Numbered from the stretch's first letter, positions 11,101 through 20,322 are shown. The stretch: DNA of 61,322 nucleotides from a virus (IMGVR_UViG_3300029319_006288:1-61322), one strand, 5' to 3'. Numbers and translations are program-made. The notes: a model not told the origin generated them from the sequence alone.

Positions 11101-14100
11101 TGACTTTGCTATCTCTGGAAACAAGTGGCAAATTGGTCAAGAGGGTAGACAGTTTGGTGAATCATTATCATTGTCAGCCAGTGGTGATAGAGAAGTTATT
11201 GCTGTTGGAGCACCTCGTGCTAAGTGGTCAAGACAGTTTGATGACCTTGTTACGTCTGGTGTCCCAACTGCGGGAATGATTTTTGCCGACCTGTTTGCAT
11301 ATGATAAAGGTAAACTACAAGGTGTTGCTGCTTCTGCTGGTAAGTTCAATATTCTTTGGAAATACTTCTCAGCACCTTGGAACGCTGGCCCAGACGAATG
11401 GTATGCGGAAATCAAGCCAAACTTACTTGTCTTCCAATTAACTTATTCAAATAGAAACTATCCAAATGTACCAACCGATGAGTCTGATTGGTTTACACAT
11501 AGATACATTCCTAGACTGGATGACCTCGATCTCTTGACTGAGATTGGTTCTGGTGTACTTGGCGGATCAGGAACTCTCGCTGACTTTGTTGCTTCTGGTC
11601 AACCGGTTGTGTTTAACCAGATGTTCAGTGGTGTTCTAGATGGATTCTTTACAGCTTTCCCAAGTGGTAATCCAAACGCTGCTGCCTACAGCGGTATTCC
11701 AGCTATTATTGGTATGTTTAAAGAGCAGACAGGATCTACTGCTGGAGCGTTGCAGTATGCTGATGATAACGGCACAGTTTACAATATTTATGACGAGTTC
11801 CAAGACTTCTATGAGAAGCACTCGTTTGCCAGCGGTGTGACTGATTTTGTTCAGGGCATCCAACAAAGTGGTCATTTGCATACAGTTATAGGTAAATCTG
11901 AAGACTGGGCAGCTACATCTGTTGAGTTGATGCAAGATACTTTTGATAGTGGCCGCTTATCAACAACATTTACTAACACTACTTTAAATAGAAACTTTAT
12001 CACTAGCGGTGTTGGTCAAATCTGGGGCAATACTCACGGGTCAGTTGTTACTGAGTTCCAAGTTCCTCCTGCATCTGGCGGTAGAGTTTACTTGTTTGAA
12101 AAAGAGCGTGACAACTTTAACTGTGTTCAAGTTATTGTTTCACCTAATGATACGTCTGAACTTTTTGAAGATCCAGATATTACATTTGGTGCTTCTTATG
12201 GCAAGACATACAATGACCGTTTCGGACACTCTGTTTCTCTTAGTAAGAATTCAGAAGTATTAGCAATTGGGTCTCCTTGGAATAATAATCCATGCAAGAT
12301 TTACGAGAGAAGCGAATCACAGATTCAAAGAGTATACGATAACATTAGAGCATGGCTCGTATATAAGGGAGATCCATTTACTTACGCTGTAGAATATTAT
12401 GATTCTGTAGAGGGTGCTTCTGGTGCAGCAATTGCTAAGACAGCTACTTATGATTACATTAAATCTCCAGACAGATTTGAATATCGAAACGATATTGATT
12501 TCTGGGGTTCTTCATTGCCAGAGCCATATCAGTTAACATTTGAATATGGTCACAATGATGTAAGATACTTTGGAACAAGAAAGTTTCTCATCGACGAGTT
12601 TGCAGGAACATCCAGAATGGGATGGAGTTGCTCTGTAGACGAAGATGGCGAGATTGTAGCGTTTGGGGCACCCACAGACTCCTTCAACGAATTTGAAGAT
12701 ATTAACGTTTGGGGTGATAACGTACTGTCTTGGGCTTCTTACAACAATGCTGGTGCAGTAAGAATGTTCCACAATAGAAAATACTTCCCACACGATAAGG
12801 TTGTAGAGTTCGGTCGCTTTGGAAACTTAGACAGATCAACCCATGACTCAGAAAGAAATGCTGGATACTACGATGAAAGCAACTGGCCCTTAATCTTTGG
12901 TTCTGGATCTAGCGGATTTTCAGAGTACCAAGGTAGGGACTGGCGAAGGATGGATTTCTCAGAAATAGAAATTCCTCAAGAGGCTGGCCTCGCATTTATT
13001 ATTACGCCAGAGGTTGATGCTGCCAGCGATGAGATTATTGAAAACATAAAAGACTGGATGGAGCTTGGCGATAGAAATCTTGTCTTGGTTGGTAACGACC
13101 CAGTATGGGAAGACAACGGACTGTACAAAGATTCCAATGATGTCATTAATAAGATCCTAGAAAAGTTAGGTTCTAGGATGCGGATTCAGGCAGCTAAAGA
13201 TCAAAGCTACTCAATGCAAGGATGTGTCAGTCAGCAAGACCTAAATGACGAGAAGTACAATGCTACTGCATCATTCTTGCCAGCATACTCTACACCAAGA
13301 ACAATTGAATTTGATGGTGAATATTACGTTAAGGGCGTTGGCGATATCCGCATAGACCTGTCTAGAGATGGTCTAGAAGATTACTTCGCCACAATTAACT
13401 GTCCAGACGGAGCGAACTGTGACGGACCACCTCTGATTATTAATACGAAGTGCGAGTTTGCATTAGACGGTAATCGTGGAGACTTACGTGCAGAATGGAA
13501 CGACTCTTGTATCAAGACTACACCTAAAAGCTGTAAGATAGTTCGCTACCAAAGAAACTGGCCGTTCTTATTTAACAACTTCACTCCTAATTGTGATGAA
13601 ACACCTCAACCATTATTCTTTAAGAAGGATCAGTCACCAACACCTGTCTTGACAACTGCCGAACATCTTCCTGAGATTTACTGGTTTGACCCAGCTACGT
13701 CTGGACTTTTTTGTGATTATTTCCAGCCCTACAAATACAGGGTCACACGTAAGAACGAAGAAACAACTTTCCTCGCAGAAGTAAACGAAGACGAAATCGC
13801 CTTTTTAATCCAAGAGGATAGCGACTCTGATATATCTGGAGTATTTACTGATTATGCTCTGGGTGGAGACATGTTTGATCCAGATGCAATCAATGGACGA
13901 GATGGTTTGATGCAAGCTACTGGAACCTCTGCAACGAGCGTTGACGAAAGAACTGTTCGAGAAACTGTTTATCCAGACCATATCTTTGGATTAGTTGAGT
14001 CGGGCAAAAAGGCTGATGGAACACTTAACAATTCTAGGGTTTACATCTTGGCTGGTCAGTGGCCGGAAGATGACGCTAGTAGAGGTATCAGTCACCCAAC

Positions 14101-17100
14101 CAATAATGACGATAAGAATACAGAATTTTACCTCAACATGATTCGCAAGAGTTGTGACGAGGTTGCGAGGGGTATTCAAATTAATGGGTTTACAGGAAGA
14201 TCCTCATTAAACAATGCTTATTATCTTGAGGGTGATTCAAATGAGGGTCACGGTCTTGGTAATAAGATTAATATTGAGTTGTTGCTTGCTGGGGGGTACT
14301 TCAAGGAGAATCAAGCAATCACCGCATTAAACGACCAAATAGATTTTGCTTGGCTTGCCTTCCCATCTGGTAAACCTTCAAGTAGTGACCTATCTAAGAT
14401 CAATAACTGGTTGGACACAGGCGAGAAGAAACTTATTATCACATACAATGCAATATCTAACCCAGCTTCTCAGCAAACTGCTGATAGAATTGACCACCTT
14501 TGCAGTGGCCTTAATATTACAAGTAGACCTATGTTCTTACCAAAACAAGGTGAATATCATAGAAATTCAGTAATACAAAGCTACAACGAGCTTGGCGGAA
14601 CCCAAGTTGTTAATTACTCTACTGATAGCGTCAGTGGTTGTGATGATGGTTATGCATGGACATTCCCTAATTATCAGTTTGCTACGAGTTTGAGCGGCAT
14701 CGAGTTTAGCGAAGCTACTTCTGATCCAGAACAAGGTCATGGCGATTTTGGAGATGCTGACAAGAAGGCTATTGTACCACTGTCTGGCGGGTTAGATTTC
14801 GAAAGAATAATTTCTTTTAATGAGCCCGTTATTCAAACTTACAAAGAATACAGTAACAGAAACAACTGGACGATTGACGGGAATGGCTCTATTAAGTTCC
14901 CAATTGAACCGGGATCTGGATATAGAGTGTGGGTGAACTGGGTCTCTGAGACTAGATTTGAAGAATTTGGCATATGTCTAAATACTCCAACAGAAATTAT
15001 AAGAGAGGGTGAGTTTAACACTGGAGAATCTCAGTTTGATTCATGTGGAACTCTTACAGAATTAAACAAAACTACTACATATGTTCCTTCTCAGTTTGTA
15101 TTTGATTTTAGAACTGAAATAGAACAAGATATAAATGAATTAGAATTACAGTTCACTACCGATAAGTGGTCATCTTTCATAAACTCTGATTTGTTAGAGG
15201 GTATTCCTTTACCTCCATCAACTCCTCGTGTTCTTTCTGTATCTGGAGCACCGCTGGAAGTAATAACTGAGATTTCTACAACAACAAGTAGTGGGCTTGT
15301 TCCAGACGGTCCTCCTATCCCAATCAACTGTAGGTACATAGTTAATCCTGCTCAGAGCGGATACATTCCGGGTGAGTCAAGACCTGTAAAACATAAGAGC
15401 GAATTATACTGTGGAGATATTCCTTTCGGTGATAAAGATTGCTTAGAGGCTTCTGTAGGTTGGGCAAAAGAATTGATAGAAGATGGACCAATCGTTGCTG
15501 CGGAAGAATTCGAGAGCTTTACTTCGTTTAGGAATGGAACCAGAAGATCAAAGATCATCTTGATTTCAGACTCGACCTTGGTACAGGGTCAATGTCCTCA
15601 CTACAGAGCGTCTGCTACCGAGGGTAATCAAAGTTTTGTGAGAAATCTGTATCCTCCTTCTCCAGAAAATGTAAGAGACGGAAGCGATGGATTCGGTGGC
15701 GGCGGCGGTGCCCCACAGGGCGGCGGATTTGATATTAATAATCTAAGAAATACTGTTGCCGGTAAGAACTGGGAGTTCACGCAGAAGATACGTGCCCCTG
15801 AGCGGGGAAGCACAGCTAAGTATGTTGCCGTGAGTGGAGGCTCTATCGGTGCTGGTACTATTTGTCCAAGCCGACTTTGGGGTGGAAATGGCGTTGTGGG
15901 AAGTTTGGGTAATTATTCAGACAACGAAGATTCTTATGACCCAACAACTCTTAGTAGGCCAAAAGAAATAAAAGATCCAGACAAGATCCAAGCAAGAAAA
16001 GAGTCGTTCTTTAATAATGACGCCTTGGGCACTCATGGAATGTATCCAAGATTTAGTGGTGATTTCCTAGATATTGTAAATTATCAAGGTGGTATTTACC
16101 AAGACTACGACTACTTACTAGACCTTGCCGAAGAGACGGATAGAGACTTCATCCTTGATGCTGGTATCGGTGGCGGTCTGACAGAATTGATGAAGATAGA
16201 AAATGCAGACTATCTTGATTATGACATATTTAATTCTGGGTGTCCGGGTGATTTGTTTGGTTACTCTATTGAGATCAATGATGGTAAGTTAATTGTTGGA
16301 ACTCCTTACAACGCATTTGCTGCTGAAACCGCAATCAGTGGTGTTAGCGGTGTCGTACAGTGGCACGAAATTCAAAATGGGCCAGATGCCTCTGGCATGA
16401 AGATAGGTGCCGATGGTGGTGCTGGTGCCGCTTTCATATACAACAACACGGACAACGGCAAAAATGTAATTGCAGAGGGTTTGCCTTGGGAGTTTGGTGC
16501 CAAGATCAAGCCTGAAAATGTAAATGTCGGACTTTATGATTTCTCTCCAAGCCCAATTCAGGTTCTGGAAGCGGAGCGTGGTCCTCACCAAATCGCAGAT
16601 CCTAGCTTTATTCTTGAGTACGCGAGAAGAGGTGATAGATTTGGATTCTCTGTTTCTATGGATTGTGACATGGCAGCAATCGGTGCTCCTAATCACGATT
16701 TCGCTACTTTGCATCATCATATCTACAGCGGTGTGGTCGCTTACAATGGAAGTGGTTTGAGCACAGCTTTCCAAAGAAAGAGCTTTAACGGCGAATACGA
16801 CATTCCGTCTCATTCCTTCTATGACTTAGCCGACTCTGGTATACGTGTAGACCAGTTTAATAATAATAGCGGTCTTATGATCCTAAACGGTGGTGCTGTT
16901 TACAATTATAGAAATGAATTGATAGACTTTGGAGCCAGAACACAAGAATGGCAATTTGCTGAGAAGCTGTACGCAGCAGGATACCAAGAAAGAATTCAGA
17001 CAGATATTGATGACGATGGACTTGGAGGTTTCATTCTAACCGCTAGTGGATCTGACAATGATAACTTTGGAAAATCTGTAGCTATCTATCGCTCATACCG

Positions 17101-17779
17101 TGGAGATAGTGATTACACACTGGCAATTGGATCTCCATATCATGATTGGCCTACAAGTGGTAATCACCCAACGAGTGGGCTTGCAAGTGCTGGATCTGCA
17201 TATACCTTTGATGCTATGCTCAGAGAGCAAATTCCATCCATTCCAAATAGTGGCGGGTGGATAGATGCCCACGTATTTGGAAACAAAAAATCAAAAGAAA
17301 GTACAGACAGATTAGAGACTAGGGTTTACCAGAACACCTCTGGCGACCCAACTGAGTATAAAATTTCAGGAATTATATTTAGTAATCAAAATGGTGACAT
17401 TTTCTTGGAAGTCTCTGGCTTTGACCCCTCTAGAAAGGGTTTTGTGGCCCACAGACCATACGTCAAAGAGGTTGATCTGAAGATACTATTTGGAACCCCA
17501 GAAAGTGGATATATGCCGCTGGTTACCTCTGGTGAGCCGGTATTAGAGTCTGGAAACATGAATCTTTCTATGTTGGGGGCAAGCAGTGCAAATGTGTATA
17601 ATACTTTAGGACTGAACAATTTTGGCGTAAGTGGAATTGCTTCTGCCGATGGGATAGATCAAAGTGGATTGTTCTTGAACATATCAGCACCAAGCGGGCC
17701 ACTCCCAAGTTCATTAAATTTAGTCATGGGGAGCACTGCAACTACAGACTCTCTTGATTTAAGGATAAGAGGTTTTTAA
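5105..17779 (+). CDS. Giant (4224 aa) virion protein, probably tail-associated adhesin: LamG-like domain, beta-strand pseudo-repeats, 7 FG-GAP repeats
   Basis: Uninterrupted 12.7 kb ORF with a GGA-containing RBS-like element upstream, directly after the tape measure gene. FG-GAP motifs include GDKFGQTVAVSEDIMAVAAP, NDRFGHSVSLSKNSEVLAIGSP and GDRFGFSVSMDCDMAAIGAP. A LamG/ConA-like stretch lies at about 8.1-8.55 kb (GFAIFTRFTP..VIVSKW..ILTYND..LRLYTD). The protein is acidic and Ser/Gly-rich. Confidence 0.75.
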   Translation: MSEPFLKSLECSCIKGTSVTCPGGGEVDAFLGLNEGVLSATLENDSKITSPGETLTANFSTVLDGSGPYFTISGCSDPENCEFVEAGWEVTISGLAGAVPFTETANVINTYADGSALIFYGGGVDLTNAQIDSVVASGIGHPTPPNATIAKSFGIEDIILEGEGELSRLLSAEIPFPLVSIEGDGEIDEDLIADYSIYQQVVGEGDFDNTVDKMAGDFGDFYCQGKLYPSGDLPVVDGFGSFIAPYNQSGNLWSYIDEGVYEGIAKDGGNSNNLSDDLNSYIEPNTIHTEGLFQYNCNLTSLNVRPDHSAFRIRVSAPLSNLESKTAPLYTLYNIRLSDPSGNLIVKYNDIQIKGDANDEYENFSTYSSLPELNVISDKYDWERRGFPHMHEDVGYQLSFSVRAVSLDDPFTEGFDEGFEENYIIPETFYASGNNYLALDGQPLSTQEVRFINPTRGFRISAVEICNSGGFGPRPEEYLPFQMAVREKGRRLERCIQPNFMPLNTYDTTIYPAVNNNIWENDTLNATNEDVCGAQELINILKVQNDDRYIKLQTAQGGDVADSGKLILKFKHGRSKVDEITPGDFNFAFDQGTKNIWFSPSGAFNVEKRTEEIQEDSPYFNVESLTLKVLAKKQVGTRDYVLDVVGYSDDKLLNVTSPSGGFIQDPSGVFLNDQFVPHTGQHPVLSGFYGDNSDWTMGGAGLSERDDYFEASGNDHYKLAQYPVVNTTDFQLYEVPLVILDDNVRYGISRDYSLSSLLEHLYLDIYPLPSGASIAYIELCARYAPADGLNIYTQGGEKIGKAQAGRSEGALFPSGMESYDDILNAGSGYQPISAITGLPHAYSSPDTIKTNYSRRWRGSEGTVRGPYDLDSFGFGFENPTIDYPFLSGYYKFDSFGPENRYVLSVDMGPSSPSGLGTLSGLCLTDPEIHHNIGWRFASGTLFNDQLPGYSGNYTTTDWTSLSNGSTTFVGNPLYGKIADAFDRVIRISGEAGGQNIDFGPVDVSGGFAIFTRFTPDANVSGVDYDLFDSGVIVSKWSTAEDMDFALGYDDGFLCGYAQDVNGNIITVKDTIKYSGYQFPLNTILTYNDSGNHRLRLYTDNEFGGSDFDVLRATSSPFHKNANDANVILGYSAGSGVGMNMLVSEFGVSTYSSGVDTLYGFGTNIVASGADKTYKGVNADVFLENSRAKFFDPDESHTNDRYKLWDRVNEDTYNDWAIGDFKFCQFGIGFDQWQKRPNAEHIIFELNHHGSGYSQNNDLPLLSNVDSGVAYHTQMESDFLRFHLSDVQDSFYAVNRRITKNLPVGYKFSERALVVETVLEHKTGAGIEWAACTDIMPSGPQMIVSLYTKKQEPYWTPDEPNWGLVNRKTHYIKPSSCLIKLDSVFDYDSICEETDAWTIFPEEPRLKDFSERYFKDDVNQMFVQYDLVYPSGPAFDSRIEMHSSHVRMQDVNICKTANSGTFNLYSSGAYPASNTLNMNIGGFPREVNDSLDLTIQVPFDYDVIAEGMPSGFSLNVSGAFQRESSLNLFIPPQSGEISFNLFVSGQFPDVASGSMPIALPVVLGALDNSLDGNPDTSDPNSPNYGSGNIFGLPLTVYNVDFGESPEGPFLNLNMSASLGDATSIYRSIPMFLYNKSIGNTQETAASGFINLNMFGRNQIPGSRTTSTMPLYINAPNIIDTDMNLYLHNPLVESLLTSTVNLVTASYNVGSKGTGSAFGLWHNNNYGTGIELEDNSYASLSADNEIRGVDLIGYGSCTGDSPSKAIDAELKTDCTVWREETCNEGGIFRAKATYTNSGAINFEGGLGYSGNYYGIRKYTQLLPSTPYFATMSIVTGSTDAIPVPRTFEEWEYGMCGPAWYADGSGCCTEDCDGNIVFSGVKLIGDDAGGVPPSANLYSDSDLIVASGRSAGDKFGQTVAVSEDIMAVAAPNITIPDFGLYPSGGDVGNIDVSGAGAVFLYRRGQDEAGKKADWVLEEQLMLPSGYRKDYIQRTTDNLLSFGDFAISGNKWQIGQEGRQFGESLSLSASGDREVIAVGAPRAKWSRQFDDLVTSGVPTAGMIFADLFAYDKGKLQGVAASAGKFNILWKYFSAPWNAGPDEWYAEIKPNLLVFQLTYSNRNYPNVPTDESDWFTHRYIPRLDDLDLLTEIGSGVLGGSGTLADFVASGQPVVFNQMFSGVLDGFFTAFPSGNPNAAAYSGIPAIIGMFKEQTGSTAGALQYADDNGTVYNIYDEFQDFYEKHSFASGVTDFVQGIQQSGHLHTVIGKSEDWAATSVELMQDTFDSGRLSTTFTNTTLNRNFITSGVGQIWGNTHGSVVTEFQVPPASGGRVYLFEKERDNFNCVQVIVSPNDTSELFEDPDITFGASYGKTYNDRFGHSVSLSKNSEVLAIGSPWNNNPCKIYERSESQIQRVYDNIRAWLVYKGDPFTYAVEYYDSVEGASGAAIAKTATYDYIKSPDRFEYRNDIDFWGSSLPEPYQLTFEYGHNDVRYFGTRKFLIDEFAGTSRMGWSCSVDEDGEIVAFGAPTDSFNEFEDINVWGDNVLSWASYNNAGAVRMFHNRKYFPHDKVVEFGRFGNLDRSTHDSERNAGYYDESNWPLIFGSGSSGFSEYQGRDWRRMDFSEIEIPQEAGLAFIITPEVDAASDEIIENIKDWMELGDRNLVLVGNDPVWEDNGLYKDSNDVINKILEKLGSRMRIQAAKDQSYSMQGCVSQQDLNDEKYNATASFLPAYSTPRTIEFDGEYYVKGVGDIRIDLSRDGLEDYFATINCPDGANCDGPPLIINTKCEFALDGNRGDLRAEWNDSCIKTTPKSCKIVRYQRNWPFLFNNFTPNCDETPQPLFFKKDQSPTPVLTTAEHLPEIYWFDPATSGLFCDYFQPYKYRVTRKNEETTFLAEVNEDEIAFLIQEDSDSDISGVFTDYALGGDMFDPDAINGRDGLMQATGTSATSVDERTVRETVYPDHIFGLVESGKKADGTLNNSRVYILAGQWPEDDASRGISHPTNNDDKNTEFYLNMIRKSCDEVARGIQINGFTGRSSLNNAYYLEGDSNEGHGLGNKINIELLLAGGYFKENQAITALNDQIDFAWLAFPSGKPSSSDLSKINNWLDTGEKKLIITYNAISNPASQQTADRIDHLCSGLNITSRPMFLPKQGEYHRNSVIQSYNELGGTQVVNYSTDSVSGCDDGYAWTFPNYQFATSLSGIEFSEATSDPEQGHGDFGDADKKAIVPLSGGLDFERIISFNEPVIQTYKEYSNRNNWTIDGNGSIKFPIEPGSGYRVWVNWVSETRFEEFGICLNTPTEIIREGEFNTGESQFDSCGTLTELNKTTTYVPSQFVFDFRTEIEQDINELELQFTTDKWSSFINSDLLEGIPLPPSTPRVLSVSGAPLEVITEISTTTSSGLVPDGPPIPINCRYIVNPAQSGYIPGESRPVKHKSELYCGDIPFGDKDCLEASVGWAKELIEDGPIVAAEEFESFTSFRNGTRRSKIILISDSTLVQGQCPHYRASATEGNQSFVRNLYPPSPENVRDGSDGFGGGGGAPQGGGFDINNLRNTVAGKNWEFTQKIRAPERGSTAKYVAVSGGSIGAGTICPSRLWGGNGVVGSLGNYSDNEDSYDPTTLSRPKEIKDPDKIQARKESFFNNDALGTHGMYPRFSGDFLDIVNYQGGIYQDYDYLLDLAEETDRDFILDAGIGGGLTELMKIENADYLDYDIFNSGCPGDLFGYSIEINDGKLIVGTPYNAFAAETAISGVSGVVQWHEIQNGPDASGMKIGADGGAGAAFIYNNTDNGKNVIAEGLPWEFGAKIKPENVNVGLYDFSPSPIQVLEAERGPHQIADPSFILEYARRGDRFGFSVSMDCDMAAIGAPNHDFATLHHHIYSGVVAYNGSGLSTAFQRKSFNGEYDIPSHSFYDLADSGIRVDQFNNNSGLMILNGGAVYNYRNELIDFGARTQEWQFAEKLYAAGYQERIQTDIDDDGLGGFILTASGSDNDNFGKSVAIYRSYRGDSDYTLAIGSPYHDWPTSGNHPTSGLASAGSAYTFDAMLREQIPSIPNSGGWIDAHVFGNKKSKESTDRLETRVYQNTSGDPTEYKISGIIFSNQNGDIFLEVSGFDPSRKGFVAHRPYVKEVDLKILFGTPESGYMPLVTSGEPVLESGNMNLSMLGASSANVYNTLGLNNFGVSGIASADGIDQSGLFLNISAPSGPLPSSLNLVMGSTATTDSLDLRIRGF
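17592..17604 (+). promoter_or_regulatory. Putative late-promoter motif ATGTGTATAATAC (copy 1, inside the 3' end of the giant gene)
   Basis: The identical 13-mer recurs at 29956-29968 in the intergenic gap before another structural gene. This copy lies about 175 nt upstream of the 17780 start and contains TATAAT. Confidence 0.45.
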
Positions 17780-19582
17780 ATGCCTATAAAAGTACACTAT
17801 AAAAACGATCCAACACAGATTTGTTCGATACGGCCAACGCCATTTATACAAATCTCTGAGGCTGTACTGAAGAATAAGCAAGGTACTTTTGGTGCCACTT
17901 ATACCATTACATTGACGGGTACGTTACTCCCAGAGCATGGAACACCCTATGCCTTAAATTCTGCAACAGATCAGCCTTTTGGCTTCTTTACTGGCTACAG
18001 TCCAACGGATATTGGTTACAACTTTATTGGACCGTATGGGCAATTTGATAACGTTCCACTTTCAGTTAGGGATAAACCTCCTAGACAGCAGATCATAGAA
18101 GGTTCTAATCCCACAATTATTCAAAACACCAAGCCTGCTTCTGCTATTGTTAGCAAGCAGCGTGCTCTTCGGGCACTATTCGCCCAAGATGGTCAACGAG
18201 TAGAACTTTCTGATGTTTTAGATAATGCTGGTGCAACTGTTGTTTGTTATCCCAGAACTGTAAGTGTTGATTTTACAGAGGGTCCGTATCTTACAAAATC
18301 TGAATTTACTATCGTCCTAGAAGCAGATTATCTTCTTAGAGGTAATTTTGATGACGATCAATTGCTCGTAGACTTAGAAGGTACTTTTGCTAACAGCGGC
18401 GTTGATATAAGAAGTACGGCAACAACAATTCAAACGTTGCTAGATGATCAAGATACAGCCTTTATTGAGACTTATAGTGAAGATTGGAGCCTAGAGGCAG
18501 ACGAAGCTGGTGGAGAAAGCCCTGACAATCCGATAACATACAGAATTACGCATAATCTAAATGCCACAGGTAAAACCGTTTACGGTCCAGACGGTTTAGA
18601 CTACAACTTTAATCAAGATCCTTCTAACACGATCAATCGCCCCGCTTGGGAGCAGGCCAAGAATTTTGTTCAGAAGAAATTATCATATGGTGGCAGCGGT
18701 ATACCTTACCCTAATGTCGTAGGACAAATAGGTTCTGGAACTGTAAACTTAGTAGATTCTTACGGCGGGTATAACCACGTAAGAACTGAGCAGATCGGAG
18801 TTACTGAAGGTACTTATTCTGTATCTGAAAGTTGGGTTTTGAGTAGTGGCACTGCTAATGAAACGTTCAGCATGACCACTGCGACCTCCAATACAGATCC
18901 ATTTGTGTCGGTTAATATTGATGGAAACATTAAGGGTTTAAGAAGTATTTCTCCTTCTGGTTTTGGAGACCCATCTCTAAACGCCGCAAGCGGTGCTTAT
19001 GCTAATGCTCTTAGAAAATATAATCAAATATCCAATAGTGGTCAATTTGGACTGACTAGTGACGTATACAAACGTGCGAATAATCTCGTTGCTGTCGCAT
19101 TAAATTCTCAGCCCGTGTCGGTTAGCCTTGGAACCAATCAATACAACGGAGAGATCACCTACAGTTTAGCCTTTAATAACAGGCCAACAAATATTATCTC
19201 TGGTGTTATTGCCGAGAGTATTCAGGTTAATGATACATATCCGGGAGACGTATTTGCTATTATTCCAGTTATTGGTAGGGCAACCGGTCCTGTTCTACAA
19301 TACATTGGAGGACGAACAGAGTACAAAAGAGATGTGTCAATCAATCTCACAATGGACTACACTAAGATTCCATATGGAGATAAAAGAAATACCCTCATAC
19401 TTAAAAAGCCTAGCTTGGTAGAGCCTACAGCAAGTCAGATAGCAGAACTTCTTGGGGAACTTAGCCCAAAAGGTGAGCCGGGAGTTAGAAAGTATTTCAT
19501 TTCTCCACCTTCCGAAAGCTGGAACCCTAAAGAGGGCACTTATTCATTCAACATTTCTTGGACGTATGAGTTGGACCGATAA
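17780..19582 (+). CDS. Putative tail or baseplate structural protein (600 aa)
   Basis: Abuts the giant gene (TAA ATG). Beta-strand-rich with alternating patterns (TYTITLTGTL, TYSFNISWTYE). Located in the tail module. Confidence 0.55.
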   Translation: MPIKVHYKNDPTQICSIRPTPFIQISEAVLKNKQGTFGATYTITLTGTLLPEHGTPYALNSATDQPFGFFTGYSPTDIGYNFIGPYGQFDNVPLSVRDKPPRQQIIEGSNPTIIQNTKPASAIVSKQRALRALFAQDGQRVELSDVLDNAGATVVCYPRTVSVDFTEGPYLTKSEFTIVLEADYLLRGNFDDDQLLVDLEGTFANSGVDIRSTATTIQTLLDDQDTAFIETYSEDWSLEADEAGGESPDNPITYRITHNLNATGKTVYGPDGLDYNFNQDPSNTINRPAWEQAKNFVQKKLSYGGSGIPYPNVVGQIGSGTVNLVDSYGGYNHVRTEQIGVTEGTYSVSESWVLSSGTANETFSMTTATSNTDPFVSVNIDGNIKGLRSISPSGFGDPSLNAASGAYANALRKYNQISNSGQFGLTSDVYKRANNLVAVALNSQPVSVSLGTNQYNGEITYSLAFNNRPTNIISGVIAESIQVNDTYPGDVFAIIPVIGRATGPVLQYIGGRTEYKRDVSINLTMDYTKIPYGDKRNTLILKKPSLVEPTASQIAELLGELSPKGEPGVRKYFISPPSESWNPKEGTYSFNISWTYELDR

Positions 19583-19584
19583 TT

Positions 19585-20316
19585 ATGGCACATGCAGACA
19601 AACCACAGTGGTCAGATTTTTACGAAAATGATCCCCAATTGGGGCCATTATTACCGCTTACGTCTGGTCAAAGAGTACAGTTAATATCTGGCGTATTACC
19701 ATCTGGAGAGTCTTCGTTTTTTGACAATAGGCAGTTACATTCACAAAGACAAGAAACTATTGGTTTTAAAGGGTCTGGAATCAATGCACCGTTTCCATAC
19801 CCAAATCAGTCTACGAAAAACGAGTTCAAGTTCACAACGAATCTAGATCCATCGGGAGCAAGCGATTCGGGTGAAGATTCTCAATTTTCAGAAATGTTTA
19901 GTGATGAATGGTGGGCGGCATCTGGAATTATAAAAACATACCCAGCAGACGTTGTTGGCTACACGTCTGGCAATCCGGCCATGAACGCACAGGAAAGTGG
20001 CATCTTCCACTGGAACAGCGATGTAAATCCTGAAATTGCCCAACCAACGCCAGAAAGAACCATTATTGGCTGGGTAGTCCCAGAAGGTGAAGAGAGACCG
20101 ATAAGATTTTACACTCAGGACGAGTCACTCAAAGGATCTAAGTTTTCTAACGGAGAAGAGGCAAAGAGGTTGGCAAGAGAAGATTTTAATATCTTTAATA
20201 ATTACATTCATCACCAACATATGCCAGACAATGCTACTCCGGGGGAAACACTGAACATACCGTTCTTGTCTTCTTATAGAAAATCAATAGACTTGGATGT
20301 TTACAAACAAGGATAA
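19585..20316 (+). CDS. Hypothetical virion-module protein (243 aa), Ser-Gly rich
   Basis: Tightly packed ORF in the tail operon with 9 SG dipeptides in 243 aa. No family recognised. Confidence 0.6.
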   Translation: MAHADKPQWSDFYENDPQLGPLLPLTSGQRVQLISGVLPSGESSFFDNRQLHSQRQETIGFKGSGINAPFPYPNQSTKNEFKFTTNLDPSGASDSGEDSQFSEMFSDEWWAASGIIKTYPADVVGYTSGNPAMNAQESGIFHWNSDVNPEIAQPTPERTIIGWVVPEGEERPIRFYTQDESLKGSKFSNGEEAKRLAREDFNIFNNYIHHQHMPDNATPGETLNIPFLSSYRKSIDLDVYKQG

Positions 20317-20322
20317 GGAATT

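Noticed and set aside
15690-15730. GGC-rich run coding FGGGGGAPQGGG
   Set aside because: A short low-complexity linker in frame with the giant protein, with no sign of a contingency repeat.
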